A DNA stretch of 64,000 nt, taken from the NCBI GenBank assembly GCA_963723515.1, contig CAVRQT010000003.1:480001-544000 (forward strand), read 5' to 3'. Below the pieces are notes generated by a model that saw only the letters and a list, made by a program, of their open reading frames with translations, did not search any database and was not told where the DNA came from. A program made the translations under genes and the position numbers. Origin of the DNA: Vulcanimicrobiota bacterium (lineage in GTDB: Bacteria; Vulcanimicrobiota; Vulcanimicrobiia; Vulcanimicrobiales; Vulcanimicrobiaceae). Shown in pieces: positions 9,537 to 20,714 of this stretch (its first letter is position 1; each line of letters opens with the position of its first letter).

Positions 9537-10469
9537 CTGACTGAAGACGAGCTCGTTGCGGCGCTGCAGTCGGTGTTGCACGCTCCAAAAGCGCGCCGGG
9601 TTCTTCTCGGCATCGGAGATGATGCCGCTGCATGGAAGCCGTCTCGTTCACACCTTAGCGTTATCACGACCGATGCGCTCATCGAGAGCGTGCATTTCAA
9701 AGTTGACGGGGCATCGCTTTGGGACATCGGCTATCGAGCGTGTGCGGCGAACCTGAGCGATATTGCGGCCATGGGCGGGCGTCCGGTCCTCGCGACGGTC
9801 GCAATCGGATTCCCGCAGCGAATTCAGCCGGAATCGGTGATCGAAATCTATCGCGGAATCGACGCGCTCGCCCGCAAAGCGAAGGTCGAAATCGCGGGCG
9901 GCGATATCACGCGCTCGAGCGAGCTCTTCATCGCACTGACCGTGGTCGGCGAAGTCTCGCCCACGTCTCTGAAGCGGCGCTCAGGCGCGCGTCCTAACGA
10001 TATTGTCGCGGTTACGGGTCCGCTCGGCGCTGCACGCGCGGCTTTGGAATCGAATGCGGATCATCTGCCGGTGCCGCGGATCGCGGAAGGCACTTGGCTT
10101 GGGCGTTCGCGCAGCGTGCATGCGCTGATGGATATTTCAGATGGGCTCGCGTTGGATTTGGCGCGCATGACGACGGCGTCGGGATGCGGAGCGCTGGTCG
10201 AGGAGGTTCCGATGACATCGGCGGCACGAGCCGTTGCGGAGATGCAACACCAGGATCCCGCACATTTCACCGCTGCGGCCGGTGAAGATTTCGAACTGCT
10301 GGCAGCGATCGCCCCGCGCGCCTTCCGGTATTTGAGCGGCCGGTTTCGCAAGCGCTTTGGGCGGCCGTTACTCAGAGTCGGGCAGTTCCGCAAGGAAGGC
10401 GGAGTTGTGCTCAAGACTGCCCGCGGAGAAGCGCCCCTGGTGGGCGGCTGGGATCATCTAGCCCGCTAG
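9537..10469 (+). CDS. thiL: Thiamine-monophosphate kinase
   Basis: GIGDDAA, TTDAL, NLSDIAAMG, GGD, DISDGL, GEDFELL and C-terminal GWDH. The frame extends to CTG 9537 (TEDELV), upstream of the called 9573. Confidence 0.92.
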   Translation: MTEDELVAALQSVLHAPKARRVLLGIGDDAAAWKPSRSHLSVITTDALIESVHFKVDGASLWDIGYRACAANLSDIAAMGGRPVLATVAIGFPQRIQPESVIEIYRGIDALARKAKVEIAGGDITRSSELFIALTVVGEVSPTSLKRRSGARPNDIVAVTGPLGAARAALESNADHLPVPRIAEGTWLGRSRSVHALMDISDGLALDLARMTTASGCGALVEEVPMTSAARAVAEMQHQDPAHFTAAAGEDFELLAAIAPRAFRYLSGRFRKRFGRPLLRVGQFRKEGGVVLKTARGEAPLVGGWDHLAR

Positions 10470-10479
10470 AGGCGCAGCC

Positions 10480-10671
10480 TTAGGCGGTTCGAGTCACTCG
10501 CTTTGCGCGCAGACATGCCGTGCAGACTCGTGCGGTCTTGTGCGTACCGTTCGAGATAATGCGAACGCTTTGAAGATTCGGTAACCAGCGCCGGCGCGTC
10601 TTATTCATCGCATGGCTGACATTGTTTCCGGCCATAGGCCCTTTGCCGCAGATATCGCAGCGCTTCGCCAT
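10480..10671 (-). CDS. rpmB: 50S ribosomal protein L28
   Basis: [34 protein letters not shown]...[10 protein letters not shown] at 10671 with AAGGA upstream. Confidence 0.97.
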   Translation of the reverse strand: MAKRCDICGKGPMAGNNVSHAMNKTRRRWLPNLQSVRIISNGTHKTARVCTACLRAKRVTRTA

Positions 10672-10789
10672 CGCATCTCTTCCTTTATATAGACGGTATT
10701 TGGCGGTTGTTCGCCGCACAATTCGGCATAGTATCACGCCCAACGTTCGCTGACAAGGATTCCCGTCCGGCTCCCCAAAGGGCACGCCG

Positions 10790-12400
10790 ATGGACGTTCG
10801 CATGCTTGACGGCCGAGGCTATGCGAAGTTCATCATTGCCGGTACCTATTTTCTGAAGAAGTACCGCGGCGTCTTGAACGACCTGAACGTCTTCCCGGTG
10901 CCCGACGGAGATACCGGAACCAACATGTATCTCACGCTGCGCGCCGCTGCGCTGCAAGCCGCTCGCGTGCAAGAGCAGCCGCTCTCTGAGGTCGCGGCCG
11001 TTGCGGCGGAAGGCAGCCTCATGGGGGCGCGCGGTAATTCGGGCGTCATTATCTCGCAGATGTTGCGCGGATTTGCGCACCATATCCGCCATCGCACGGA
11101 GATCGACACCTTTAGCTTGGCGACGGCGATGCGGGAATCGGTTGCGGCCGCGCGTGCGGCCCTCGTCCGGCCACTGGAGGGGACGATTCTCTCCGTCGCT
11201 ACGGCGGCGGCCGATGCGGCATACCGTCTCGCGTTGCATGAAAAAGACTTCTATCGGGTCATCGCCGGCGCACTAGGTGCCGCCGCAAAAGCGCTCGATC
11301 GGACGACCGAACAGTTGCCGGCACTCAAAGAAGCTGGGGTCGTCGACGCTGGCGGCGCCGGCTTCGTCTACTTCATGGAAGGCATCTTACGCTTCTTGCC
11401 GGACGCCAAATCGCGCACGACGGCATTCCCTCGCCGTCCAATCCGGCGCGCCGTCTTTACGCCGCGCCAAACCGTCGGTGTCAATCGCTTCTGCACCGAG
11501 TTTATCGTGCAAAACGCGGATTGCGCGCTCGAACAGTTGCGGCACTCACTTGAATTTTCGGGCGATTCACTGATCGTTGGCGGCGACCGGCCGACGTATC
11601 GGGTTCACCTCCACACAAGCGCACCGGAGCAGGCGCAGCGCGTTGCTGCGAAATTCGGTCAACTGCATCGCATCAAAGTTGAAAATATGGAGCAACAGCA
11701 TCAAGTGCTGTTGGTCGACCGACCGGCTCCCGTCCTGAGCAACGGCGAGAGGCGGGCGTTTTCCGTCGTGGCCGTCGTTCCAGGAGCGGGCTTCCAAAAA
11801 ATTGCGCACGAATTGGGTGCCGAAGTTGCGCTTGTCGCGAACGGAAATCCCAGCGTACAAGAATTGCTTTCCGCGGTCAACGGCACGCTGAGCGACCGCG
11901 TCGTGTTGCTGCCGAACGACGGGAACGTCATGCTTGCCGCTCGCGAAGCGGCTAGCAGATCAGTCCACGAGGTGAACGTTCTTCCCGTCAGCGACATCGT
12001 GGGCGGAATAGCCGCGCTGCTCGCGTTGCGCGGCCGCGAAAGTCCGCCGACGAACGACGAAATCAATGGTGCGGTCGCGCGCACACACAGCGCCGCCGTC
12101 TTCTATGCCGCAAGAGAGGCTATAATCGCCGGTGCTTCTGTAAAGCCGGGGGCCCCGGCGGCACTCTACGACGCGCATCTCTATACCGGCGCGACGCTCG
12201 CAGAGGCAGCGAAAAACGCGCTTTCGGCAATGGACCTCACTCCAGGAGGCCTGATCACCCTGTACTATGGCGGAAACCAGAGCGAGCGCGACGCACTGCG
12301 CATGCGTGACGACTTGCAAGCATCGTCGCTTGGCGCGGAAGTCGAATACTACTTCGGTGGTCAAACGGGTCAGGAATACGTGATTTCATACGATGAATAA
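10790..12400 (+). CDS. fakA: DAK2-domain fatty acid kinase catalytic subunit (YloV/FakA)
   Basis: [44 protein letters not shown] and C-terminal GGQ; divergent from rpmB. Confidence 0.92.
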   Translation: MDVRMLDGRGYAKFIIAGTYFLKKYRGVLNDLNVFPVPDGDTGTNMYLTLRAAALQAARVQEQPLSEVAAVAAEGSLMGARGNSGVIISQMLRGFAHHIRHRTEIDTFSLATAMRESVAAARAALVRPLEGTILSVATAAADAAYRLALHEKDFYRVIAGALGAAAKALDRTTEQLPALKEAGVVDAGGAGFVYFMEGILRFLPDAKSRTTAFPRRPIRRAVFTPRQTVGVNRFCTEFIVQNADCALEQLRHSLEFSGDSLIVGGDRPTYRVHLHTSAPEQAQRVAAKFGQLHRIKVENMEQQHQVLLVDRPAPVLSNGERRAFSVVAVVPGAGFQKIAHELGAEVALVANGNPSVQELLSAVNGTLSDRVVLLPNDGNVMLAAREAASRSVHEVNVLPVSDIVGGIAALLALRGRESPPTNDEINGAVARTHSAAVFYAAREAIIAGASVKPGAPAALYDAHLYTGATLAEAAKNALSAMDLTPGGLITLYYGGNQSERDALRMRDDLQASSLGAEVEYYFGGQTGQEYVISYDE

Positions 12401-13424
12401 TGCGGCAGCGTCCCACCGGCCGCGGATTGCGGTCGATGCAATGGGAGGCGATTTTGCGCCGCGTGAAATTGCCGCCGGCGCGTTACTTGCGGCGCAGGAA
12501 GATTATGCGGACATCACTTTGATCGGTGATGAAGACCGCATTCGGCCGCTGCTCAAGGGTCCGAGCGCATCGCGCATCGCGCTGCAGCATGCGCCGGAAT
12601 CGGTGCCCATGGATCAGAATCCGTCGGCCGCGCTGCGTTCTGCCGACCGTACGAGTCTGGGAGTCGCCATCAACATGGTGCGCGACGGAAATGCCGACGC
12701 AGTCGTTTCGGCGGGCAACAGCGGCGCATTTTTAGCCATCGCACTGATTCGGTTGCGGACGATAGAAGGAATAGCGCGGCCCGCCATTGCGACCGTTCTT
12801 CCGGCGATCAGCGGGCCAAGCGTGATGCTTGACGCGGGCGCAAACGTCGATTGTCGGCCCGAATGGCTTGAGCAGTTCGCGATCATGGGGTCCGCTTACG
12901 CCCTCGCCGCCCTTCGCATTCCGAATCCGCGCGTGGCTTTGCTTTCAGTGGGTGAAGAGCGAACCAAGGGCAACGCACAAGTTATCGAGGCGGCGAAACG
13001 TCTCGATGAAGCGGCGATCAATTTCGTCGGCAATATCGATGGTAAGGACGTTCTCATGAACGTCGCCGATGTGATCGTCACCGACGGCTTCGTCGGTAAC
13101 GTCGTCCTCAAGGTTGCCGAAGGGATTACCTCAGGGCTCGGGCGCGTTCTGCGCAACTCGCTGCTCAACGGTAACTTGATCAACCGGTTCGGCGCCTTTT
13201 TGATCTTGCCGCCGCTGCGCCGCCTGCGCGAGAAATACAATTATGAGACATACGGCGGCGCGCCGCTGCTCGGATTGCGTGGAAATTGCATCGTTACGCA
13301 TGGAAGAGCGAGCGCAACGGCGCTGGCCAGCGCGATTCGCGCGGCGGCCGATGAAGTGCAGGCCGACGTGATCGGGAAGATCGCGGCGCAGATCGCGCCG
13401 CATATGGCGCGCACCGTAACTTAG
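12393..13424 (+). CDS. plsX: Phosphate acyltransferase PlsX
   Basis: IAVDAMGGDFAP, SAGNSGA, RPAI, LDAGAN, GEERTKG, DGFVGN, GGAPLLG. Confidence 0.96.
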   Translation: MNNAAASHRPRIAVDAMGGDFAPREIAAGALLAAQEDYADITLIGDEDRIRPLLKGPSASRIALQHAPESVPMDQNPSAALRSADRTSLGVAINMVRDGNADAVVSAGNSGAFLAIALIRLRTIEGIARPAIATVLPAISGPSVMLDAGANVDCRPEWLEQFAIMGSAYALAALRIPNPRVALLSVGEERTKGNAQVIEAAKRLDEAAINFVGNIDGKDVLMNVADVIVTDGFVGNVVLKVAEGITSGLGRVLRNSLLNGNLINRFGAFLILPPLRRLREKYNYETYGGAPLLGLRGNCIVTHGRASATALASAIRAAADEVQADVIGKIAAQIAPHMARTVT

Positions 13425-13442
13425 CAAAGAATCACTCGCAAC

Positions 13443-14297
13443 ATGCCCGTCGCCATTGTCACCGATAGCACATCGGACATCGATCCTGCCTATGCTCGGG
13501 AGGCCGGCATCGACGTCGTTCCGCTCTTCGTCATCTTCGGAGAACGAAGTTATCAGGATTATGTCGAGGTAACGCGTGCGCAATTTTACCAACACCTGCA
13601 CGACGATCGAGTGCTTCCAAGCACGTCGCAGCCGACGACGCAGATGTTTGAAGACGTCTTCCAAGGGCACGTTTCAGCGGGCCGCGAGGTCGTCTGCATC
13701 GTGATCTCTCAGACGTTATCGGGCACGATGAATGCGGCCTTAAGCGCTGCAAAGTGCGCTAACGGCACGGTTCACGTTGTTGATTCACAGACGGTTGCCG
13801 GCGGCTTACGCATGCAAGTCGAGCAGGCGGTCCGCTTAAGCAAACGCGGCGCATCGGCAGATGAGATCGTCCAAACGCTTCGCCAAGATTGGCAGGCGCA
13901 GCGTCTCTTTGCGATCGCGCCCGACCTCTCGCATCTCGAGCGAACCGGGCGAATCGGCAAGGCCAAGGCGGTCTTAGGAACGCTGCTGCGAATTGTTCCC
14001 GTGCTCCGTCTGCGTGAGGGGAACGTCGAAGTCGAAGCGCAGGTCCGCACGTTCAATCGAGCGGTCGAAGCGATGATCGAAGCGGCGTTGGGGCAGATTC
14101 AGGAGTATGGCACAACCCGTTTGCTGGTCATGCATACAAATGCGAGCGCGCTTGCGCAGCGCGTGCTCGAAGATTTGAAAGGAAAACTCTCGCAGCCGGT
14201 GCGATCGCTCGGGATCCTGGAGGCGGGCCCAGTGATCGCCGCGCACGCCGGACCGGGAGCGGTCGGAGTCTTCTATCTGAACGATCGAGTGGCGTGA
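13443..14297 (+). CDS. DegV family fatty acid-binding protein (FakB-like)
   Basis: IVTDSTSD, STSQP, LSGT, VVDS, GRIG, HAGPG. Confidence 0.93.
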   Translation: MPVAIVTDSTSDIDPAYAREAGIDVVPLFVIFGERSYQDYVEVTRAQFYQHLHDDRVLPSTSQPTTQMFEDVFQGHVSAGREVVCIVISQTLSGTMNAALSAAKCANGTVHVVDSQTVAGGLRMQVEQAVRLSKRGASADEIVQTLRQDWQAQRLFAIAPDLSHLERTGRIGKAKAVLGTLLRIVPVLRLREGNVEVEAQVRTFNRAVEAMIEAALGQIQEYGTTRLLVMHTNASALAQRVLEDLKGKLSQPVRSLGILEAGPVIAAHAGPGAVGVFYLNDRVA

Positions 14298-15412
14298 CCG
14301 GGATTTACGTCCATCTGCCGTTTTGCCCGTACATCTGTCCGTATTGCGATTTTGCGAAGTGGCCGTTTCGCCGTTCCGATGCCGATCGTTATCTGCGCGC
14401 ACTTCGACGTGAAATCGCGCAAGCACCGAAATGTTCGGCGCATACCTTATACTTCGGCGGCGGAACACCGAACACATATGCTCGGGGCGAGATCGCTTCG
14501 CTCGTCGAGTTGCTACGAGCGCGCTTTGGGTCGTTCGAAGAAGCGAGCATTGAAGTCAATCCGGAACTGCTTACGGTAGAAACCTTGCAAACCTATGCCG
14601 CCGCCGGCATCGACCGGCTCTCGATCGGCGTGCAATCGATGGTCGAGCAAGAAATTGCGACGCTGGGGCGCGGGCACTCTCCGCGTGACGTTGCGCCCGT
14701 CGTTGCAGCAGCGCGCCAGGCCGGCATGCGCTCGATTTCGATCGACCTGATCTTCGCTGTTCCGGGACAGACGCTCGCCAGTTGGTCTGAAACGTTGGAA
14801 AAGACGATTGCTATTGCGCCCGACCATCTCTCGATATATGGCCTAACCGTTGAAGAAGGAACGCCGTTTTGGACATGGCGCGAGCAAGAACCGGCAGCCT
14901 TCTTCGATGATGCGGCCGAAGCCGCGCTCTACGAACGCGGCATTGAAGCGCTCACGCGCGCTGGGTATGAGCAATACGAGGTGAGCAACTTTGCGCGTCC
15001 CGGCCATCGCTGTAAGCACAACATGAATTATTGGCAGAACGGAGAGTACTTGGGTTTGGGTGTCGGTGCCGCATCGTATCGCGACGGCGAGCGCTCCATT
15101 CACACCCGTGAACTCGCCGAATATCTTTCAGCGGTCGAAAATGGAAAATCGATTCCAGCCGAGCGAGAGATGCTGCGTGATGCCGCGCGCACGGGAGAGG
15201 CCGCAATGCTCGCGCTCAGAACGAGCACCGGCGTCCGTTTCGCGGATTTTAATGAACGCTATGGGATCGATTTCTTGCAATTCTACGCGCCGGTAATCGG
15301 CGATCTTCGTGCGGCCGGCTTGCTTGACGTCGATGAGGCGTCGGCGCGGCTGACCAAGCGCGGCCTCTTCTTGGCGAACGACGTTTGCGGAGCGTTCGTC
15401 ACATTCGCGTAA
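14294..15412 (+). CDS. hemW: Radical SAM heme chaperone HemW
   Basis: [39 protein letters not shown]. Confidence 0.9.
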   Translation: MTGIYVHLPFCPYICPYCDFAKWPFRRSDADRYLRALRREIAQAPKCSAHTLYFGGGTPNTYARGEIASLVELLRARFGSFEEASIEVNPELLTVETLQTYAAAGIDRLSIGVQSMVEQEIATLGRGHSPRDVAPVVAAARQAGMRSISIDLIFAVPGQTLASWSETLEKTIAIAPDHLSIYGLTVEEGTPFWTWREQEPAAFFDDAAEAALYERGIEALTRAGYEQYEVSNFARPGHRCKHNMNYWQNGEYLGLGVGAASYRDGERSIHTRELAEYLSAVENGKSIPAEREMLRDAARTGEAAMLALRTSTGVRFADFNERYGIDFLQFYAPVIGDLRAAGLLDVDEASARLTKRGLFLANDVCGAFVTFA

Positions 15413-16488
15413 GAACGGCCGACTTCTCCGGTACGCTGCTGCGCTTCGTATTCGCAGCAGTCTTTGGCGTGACCGGGTTCTTGTTAGGGCGGGAAGCGTA
15501 CTTACATCTATTCTCGCTTCACTTTGCCAACGAAGCGATGCAGATCGTCTTGACGATTCTCTCGCCCGTCATCGGCGCGGTGCTCGGCGTCGCGCTGGCG
15601 CCGGTTGCGCAATCATTCTTTGAAGACGAGCTAAACGCGGTTGAACTAGCCATCGACCGGCTCGCCCCCGCTGAGCTCGCTGGCGGCGCGGTCGGTCTCA
15701 TCGTCGGTTTGGTCGTCGCGTTTTTGATCAAAAACATCCTTTTCGAGTTCATTACGGTCGCCGGTCGTGCAGGCAGCTACATCGCGATCCTGCTCTACAT
15801 CATTATCAGCGTCTTTACCGCGTACTTGGGCGCTCGCGTCGGCGCAAAGCAACGGATCGTGCCACTCCCGGAGCACTCGACGCTGACGACGGTCGGTGCC
15901 AATCCGAAGATTGTCGATACTTCCGTAATCGTCGACGGCCGAATTACGGAAATCGTTGAGAGCGGTTTTCTCGAAGGTCCGTTGATTCTGCCGCGGTTCG
16001 TTTTGCGCGAACTGCAACTGATTGCCGACTCGCTTGACTCGATTAAGCGAGTGCGAGGGCGGCGCGGGTTGGAAGTGCTCAGCCGCCTCCAGGAGTTTAC
16101 GGCCGTTCAGATCAGCGAGCGCGATTATCCCGATGTCGTCGGCGCAGCCGTGGACGCAAAACTGGTTCGCCTTGCACAGGAGCTCAACGCCAAACTGCTC
16201 ACCAACGACTACAATTTGAACAAAGTCGCGCAAGTTGAGGGCGTAGCGGTGCTCAACATCAACGAGCTCGCGAACGCGGTGAAGCCGGTCGTTCTGCCGG
16301 GGGAGGAGCTCCACATTCAAGTGATTCGTGAAGGCAAGGAGCCGCATCAAGGTGTCGGATATTTAGACGACGGGACGATGATCGTCGTCGAAAATGGCCG
16401 CCGGTTGCTCGGTGAGGCGACCGACGTCGTGGTGACGAGCGTCTTACAAACCGTTGCCGGCCGAATGATCTTCGCCCGCGTGAAGTGA
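15385..16488 (+). CDS. yacL: PIN/TRAM-domain membrane protein (YacL family); start uncertain
   Basis: Four TM helices, [49 protein letters not shown]; precedes ispD. Confidence 0.9.
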   Translation: MRSVRHIRVRTADFSGTLLRFVFAAVFGVTGFLLGREAYLHLFSLHFANEAMQIVLTILSPVIGAVLGVALAPVAQSFFEDELNAVELAIDRLAPAELAGGAVGLIVGLVVAFLIKNILFEFITVAGRAGSYIAILLYIIISVFTAYLGARVGAKQRIVPLPEHSTLTTVGANPKIVDTSVIVDGRITEIVESGFLEGPLILPRFVLRELQLIADSLDSIKRVRGRRGLEVLSRLQEFTAVQISERDYPDVVGAAVDAKLVRLAQELNAKLLTNDYNLNKVAQVEGVAVLNINELANAVKPVVLPGEELHIQVIREGKEPHQGVGYLDDGTMIVVENGRRLLGEATDVVVTSVLQTVAGRMIFARVK

Positions 16489-16495
16489 GGGAGAG

Positions 16496-17266
16496 ATGAC
16501 CGTTGTACATTGGGGTGCGGTGATTGTCGCGGCCGGGAAAGGCACGCGATTCGGCCGGCCGAAGCAGCTCGAAGAAGTAGCCGGGGCACCGCTGCTTGCC
16601 TGGTCGTTGCGAACGCTTGCTGCGATGCCTGAAGTTTCGGACGTCGTCGTCGCTACCGAGCCTGACATTATCGAACCGGTGACGACGCTTGTGGCGTCGA
16701 TCGCCGGCGAAAAGCCGTACAGCGTCGTCCACGGCGGCGAGACGCGCCAACAGAGTGCAAGCTCGGGCCTCGAGGCGCTCCCCGAACGGTGCGACGGCGT
16801 TTTGATTCATGACGGGGCTCGCCCGCTGGTACTGGCAAGCGACGTGCGCAACGCGATGAGCGTCGTCAAAGACGGCCGTGCGGCCGTGCTTGGGACGCCC
16901 GTCGTCGATACGATTAAGGTCGTTGAGAAGAAGCGCTCGCAGGTCATGCGCACGCTGGATCGCGAGGAGTTGTGGGCGGCGCAAACGCCGCAGCTCGCTA
17001 CGCGCCACGATTTGCGCAACGCGCATATCGAAGCGCTCAAAGGCGAGGTGTCGGCCTCAGATGATGCGACGCTTCTCGAGCGGCTTGGATTGGAAGTGGT
17101 CATGCTGGCGGCTTCACCCGATAACTTTAAGGTGACGCATCCGGAGGATCTCGCGCGCGCCGCCTACTTGTTGCGTGAGCGTGCGCCAATCACATCCGAA
17201 CTTGGAGGAAGTCGTGCTGCTGGAAGCATTCGTGCCGGAGCCGTCGGTGGAAGCGATTTGCGCTGA
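16496..17266 (+). CDS. ispD: 2-C-methyl-D-erythritol 4-phosphate cytidylyltransferase; probably continues across a frameshift near 17190 to 17477
   Basis: AAGKGTRFG..K, GGETRQQS, IHDGARP, DTIK, QTPQ, DDA, NFKVTHPEDL. Confidence 0.93.
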   Translation: MTVVHWGAVIVAAGKGTRFGRPKQLEEVAGAPLLAWSLRTLAAMPEVSDVVVATEPDIIEPVTTLVASIAGEKPYSVVHGGETRQQSASSGLEALPERCDGVLIHDGARPLVLASDVRNAMSVVKDGRAAVLGTPVVDTIKVVEKKRSQVMRTLDREELWAAQTPQLATRHDLRNAHIEALKGEVSASDDATLLERLGLEVVMLAASPDNFKVTHPEDLARAAYLLRERAPITSELGGSRAAGSIRAGAVGGSDLR

Positions 17267-17477
17267 AATCGAGCGGCAAGACGGCACGGTCGACGGCATC
17301 GACCGCGATCTGCCGGCCGGAGCAGCGGTGCGCGCATACATTACATCGGAGAAAGTCTCCCGCTTTGCGGAGCATTTCGAGCGTTTGGCCGGTGCACAAG
17401 CGACCTACACGACGCGCTTTGCGCATTTCGCACCGCGCGTTGCAAGCGCGCCGTTGGCCGGCGCTCCGGCGAGCTAA
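17175..17477 (+). CDS. EF-G domain V (EFG_C)-like ferredoxin-fold domain, probably the C-terminus of IspD
   Basis: [26 protein letters not shown]...VRAYI.....F...[15 protein letters not shown] follows the EFG_C pattern by eye; overlaps the ispD ORF by 92 nt. Confidence 0.6.
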   Translation: MSVRQSHPNLEEVVLLEAFVPEPSVEAICAEIERQDGTVDGIDRDLPAGAAVRAYITSEKVSRFAEHFERLAGAQATYTTRFAHFAPRVASAPLAGAPAS

Positions 17478-17485
17478 CAACTGCG

Positions 17486-17953
17486 GTGCGCATCGGTCAT
17501 GGCTTCGACGCTCACCGTCTCATCGAGGGGCGGCCGCTTGTTCTCGGCGGAGTCGAGATCCCGTTCGAACGCGGCGTGCTTGGGCACTCTGACGGCGATG
17601 CGCTCTGCCATGCAGTTGCCGACGCGCTGCTCGGGGCGGCGGCCTTAGGCGATTTGGGCAAATACTTTCCCGATACGGATGCTCGCTGGAAGGATGCTCG
17701 CTCCATTGAATTGCTGCGCATCTGCGGCGACAAAGTTCGCGCGGCAGGTTTGCAAATCGCAAACGTTGACGCGACCGTGGTCCTGGAGCGGCCAAAATTG
17801 GCGCAACATATTGAAGCGATGCGCGCCGCCCTTGCGCATGCGCTCGACCTTCCGGAATCCGCCGTCAGCGTCAAAGCCAAGACGAGCGAGGGCCTCGGCT
17901 TTACCGGCGATGGGAGCGGCATTGTTGCCTACGCCGTAACCGTGCTGCAGTGA
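17486..17953 (+). CDS. ispF: 2-C-methyl-D-erythritol 2,4-cyclodiphosphate synthase
   Basis: [37 protein letters not shown]. Confidence 0.97.
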   Translation: MRIGHGFDAHRLIEGRPLVLGGVEIPFERGVLGHSDGDALCHAVADALLGAAALGDLGKYFPDTDARWKDARSIELLRICGDKVRAAGLQIANVDATVVLERPKLAQHIEAMRAALAHALDLPESAVSVKAKTSEGLGFTGDGSGIVAYAVTVLQ

Positions 17954-18504
17954 ATGGATCAACACTCTCGCGTGATGAGATCGCGCGAGCGATGCAAGAA
18001 GCGCGCCTTCTCGAAAATCCCGCGCCGGATGCAGCGCTGCGTTGGATTGACACATTCTTGGACGCCTATCGGTCTGAGGCCACGTCGATCGAGCGAGCGT
18101 TGCAGCGAGTGCGCGCATTGCGTGCTGAAGCGATCACTGTCCCGGCGCTTGAGCTCGAGCGATTGCGCTCGCGTGAGGTGCTCTTTTTCCTCGATGCGGT
18201 CGGTCAATACGTCGATGACCAGCCCGAGCTTCGCGGTTTGCCGCTCGAGCACGATTTGCAAGAGATTGCGGCCGAGTTCGGATTACCGGCGGAAGCGGCA
18301 TGCGATGCCGTGCGGATGGCGCTTACGGGAGAAGCAGAAGGGCCGCCGTTGGAATTGCTCTTCCCGCTGCTCGGTCACGATCGCATTCTGATCCGCATCG
18401 GCGCCATTTCTTCGCGACTGCTTCACGGGCGCGGCCTCGAGCCGATCAAGTATGGACCGGACGGTAAGCCGTTTGAACCGCTCCGTGGAGCGAAGCCGCA
18501 TTAA
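17950..18504 (+). CDS. Stand-alone glutamyl-tRNA synthetase anticodon-binding-domain-like protein
   Basis: C-terminal [31 protein letters not shown] matches the GluRS C-terminal motif; no HIGH or KMSKS; sits at the gltX position before cysE-cysS. Confidence 0.65.
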   Translation: MNGSTLSRDEIARAMQEARLLENPAPDAALRWIDTFLDAYRSEATSIERALQRVRALRAEAITVPALELERLRSREVLFFLDAVGQYVDDQPELRGLPLEHDLQEIAAEFGLPAEAACDAVRMALTGEAEGPPLELLFPLLGHDRILIRIGAISSRLLHGRGLEPIKYGPDGKPFEPLRGAKPH

Positions 18505-18559
18505 CTAGGCAAGCAACTCCACAGCGCGCTGTGCGGTTACGATAAGAAGTACGAACGAG

Positions 18560-19231
18560 ATGAACAATCCGCTGCGCACGCTTCTCGCCGACCTCGATGC
18601 TCCGCTGGCGCGCGATCCGGCAGCGCGCGGACGCCTTGATGTCTTGCTCTCATATCCGGGCTTTCACGCGATCGCCGGCCATCGTCTGATTCACGCGCTC
18701 TATAAAACGGGCGTGCCGCTGCTGCCTCGTTTCTTAGCGCATATCAATCGCTTTGTTACAGGAATCGAGATTCATCCGGCCGCGCGGATCGGCTCGGGAC
18801 TTTTTATCGACCACGGCATGGGAGTGGTTATCGGCGAGACGTCGGAGATCGGTGAAAACGTGACGCTCTACCAAGGCGTCACGTTGGGCGGTACGAGCTT
18901 GCAACATGGCAAACGCCATCCCACGCTGCGCGACAATGTAACGGTCGGGGTGAACGCTGCTCTCTTGGGAGCGATTACGATCGGTCAGAATTCTCGCGTG
19001 GGGGCGGGGTCCGTCGTCGTAAAGGATGTGCCGGCGAATGCGACAGTGGTCGGCATTCCGGCGAGAGTCGTCTTGCAAGACGGACAACCCGTGCACGGCG
19101 TCTCAACTCGGCCGCAAGTCGACATGCCGGATCCCAATGCGCAGCTCATCGCCCAGCTGACGCGCCGTGTCGAAGATTTAGAGCGGCGCCTGGTTGAGCT
19201 GACGCAGATGAATGTCCCTAAAGCTATATAA
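18560..19231 (+). CDS. cysE: Serine O-acetyltransferase
   Basis: RDPAA, YPGFHA, TGIEIHPAARIG, FIDHGMGVVIGET, KRHPT, VVGIPAR. Confidence 0.96.
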   Translation: MNNPLRTLLADLDAPLARDPAARGRLDVLLSYPGFHAIAGHRLIHALYKTGVPLLPRFLAHINRFVTGIEIHPAARIGSGLFIDHGMGVVIGETSEIGENVTLYQGVTLGGTSLQHGKRHPTLRDNVTVGVNAALLGAITIGQNSRVGAGSVVVKDVPANATVVGIPARVVLQDGQPVHGVSTRPQVDMPDPNAQLIAQLTRRVEDLERRLVELTQMNVPKAI

Positions 19232-20714
19232 CACTCGCACGCGCACGGTCGAACCGTTCGAGCCGCTTTCGCCGCCGAGCGTTTCGCTGTATGTCTGCGG
19301 TCTGACGCCCAGTGCGCAAGCGCACGTCGGGCACGCGCGCACCTATCTCTTCTTCGATATCCTGCGCCGCTTTTTGGAGCACAAGGGCTACATGGTTCGC
19401 TACGTTCAGAACGTGACGGACATCGACGATCGCAGCATCGCCGAAGCGCTGGCAAAAGGTGAAGATTGGCGCGAAATCGTCGGCAAATACTACGCGTCGT
19501 TTAAAGCGTCGATGAAAAAGCTTGGTCTCTTGCCGCTGGATCCCGGATCCGAACCGCGCGCAACGGAATACGTACCGCAGATCATCGCGATGATCGCCGA
19601 GCTCGTAGAGCGCGGCTTTGCCTATACGGCAAAAGACGGCGTCTACTATCGCGTCGCGCGGTTTTCGCAGTACGGTAAACTGGCAAACCGTAATCTTGCG
19701 GAATTGGAGGCGGGCGCGCGCATCGAAGTCGATGAGTTCAAGGAAGATCCGCTGGACTTTGCGCTCTGGAAATTTGCAAAACCCGGCGAGCCATCTTGGG
19801 AATCGCCCTGGGGCGCTGGGCGGCCGGGTTGGCACATCGAGTGCTCGGCGATGGCGCGCGAGCTGCTCGGCGATCAATTCGATCTGCACGGCGGCGGCGC
19901 GGACTTGATCTTTCCGCATCACGAGAACGAAATCGCACAAAGCGAGCCGGTGATCCACAAGCATCCGATGGCAAACTTCTGGGTTCACGGCGGTCTGTTG
20001 CTTTTTGAAACGCGCAAGATGTCGAAATCGCTCGGAAACTTTGAACCGCTCTACCAATTGCTGGAGCGACACGATCCGCAGGCGGTCCGCCTCTTGTTTT
20101 TGCAGACCGGCTACAGTAAGGTGATGAATTTCCGCGAGGAGGCGATCGCCGCCGCGAATGTGACGCTAGAAACACTCCGGCAAAATTACCGGCTGCTGGA
20201 TGCCTTTGCGCGTTCGGACGACGAGAGCGGTTCGTGGCCGGTTTCTTTTAGCGTGCAAATGCAGCGCGGGGACTACCGTGAATTTGCTGAAGCGGTCGAA
20301 TCTGCGCTCGACGAAGATATGAACACCGCCTCCGCGTTGCGCGAAGGCTTGAGTTTTGCGGCGCTTGCGCCTGCCTTTGAGGGACATGCTGCCGCGGCGG
20401 CTGCGGCGCGGGATACATTGTCCTATTGGCTGACGATCTTAGGCTTAGCGCCCAACGAAACGTGGTTGCAAGAACGCGTCGCGCAATTGCCTGCCGACTT
20501 TCTCGACTGCTTGAAAAAACGGCTGGACGGCGCGGTATCGCTTTCGGCTGCCGCTTCGGCTGATGAGGCCATTCAGATCGTCATCGACATTCGCACGAAG
20601 GCGCGCGCGGAAAAGCGTTGGGCTGAATCGGATCGGTTGCGCGATGCGCTTGCGCGCTGCGGCGTCGCGCTCGAGGACACTCGAGAGGGAACCACGTGGA
20701 CCGTCGCCCGCTGA
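19212..20714 (+). CDS. cysS: Cysteine--tRNA ligase
   Basis: YVCG, HVGH, NVTDIDD, DFALWK, GRPGWHIECSAM, FPHHENE, KMSKSLGN. Confidence 0.97.
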   Translation: MSLKLYNTRTRTVEPFEPLSPPSVSLYVCGLTPSAQAHVGHARTYLFFDILRRFLEHKGYMVRYVQNVTDIDDRSIAEALAKGEDWREIVGKYYASFKASMKKLGLLPLDPGSEPRATEYVPQIIAMIAELVERGFAYTAKDGVYYRVARFSQYGKLANRNLAELEAGARIEVDEFKEDPLDFALWKFAKPGEPSWESPWGAGRPGWHIECSAMARELLGDQFDLHGGGADLIFPHHENEIAQSEPVIHKHPMANFWVHGGLLLFETRKMSKSLGNFEPLYQLLERHDPQAVRLLFLQTGYSKVMNFREEAIAAANVTLETLRQNYRLLDAFARSDDESGSWPVSFSVQMQRGDYREFAEAVESALDEDMNTASALREGLSFAALAPAFEGHAAAAAAARDTLSYWLTILGLAPNETWLQERVAQLPADFLDCLKKRLDGAVSLSAAASADEAIQIVIDIRTKARAEKRWAESDRLRDALARCGVALEDTREGTTWTVAR

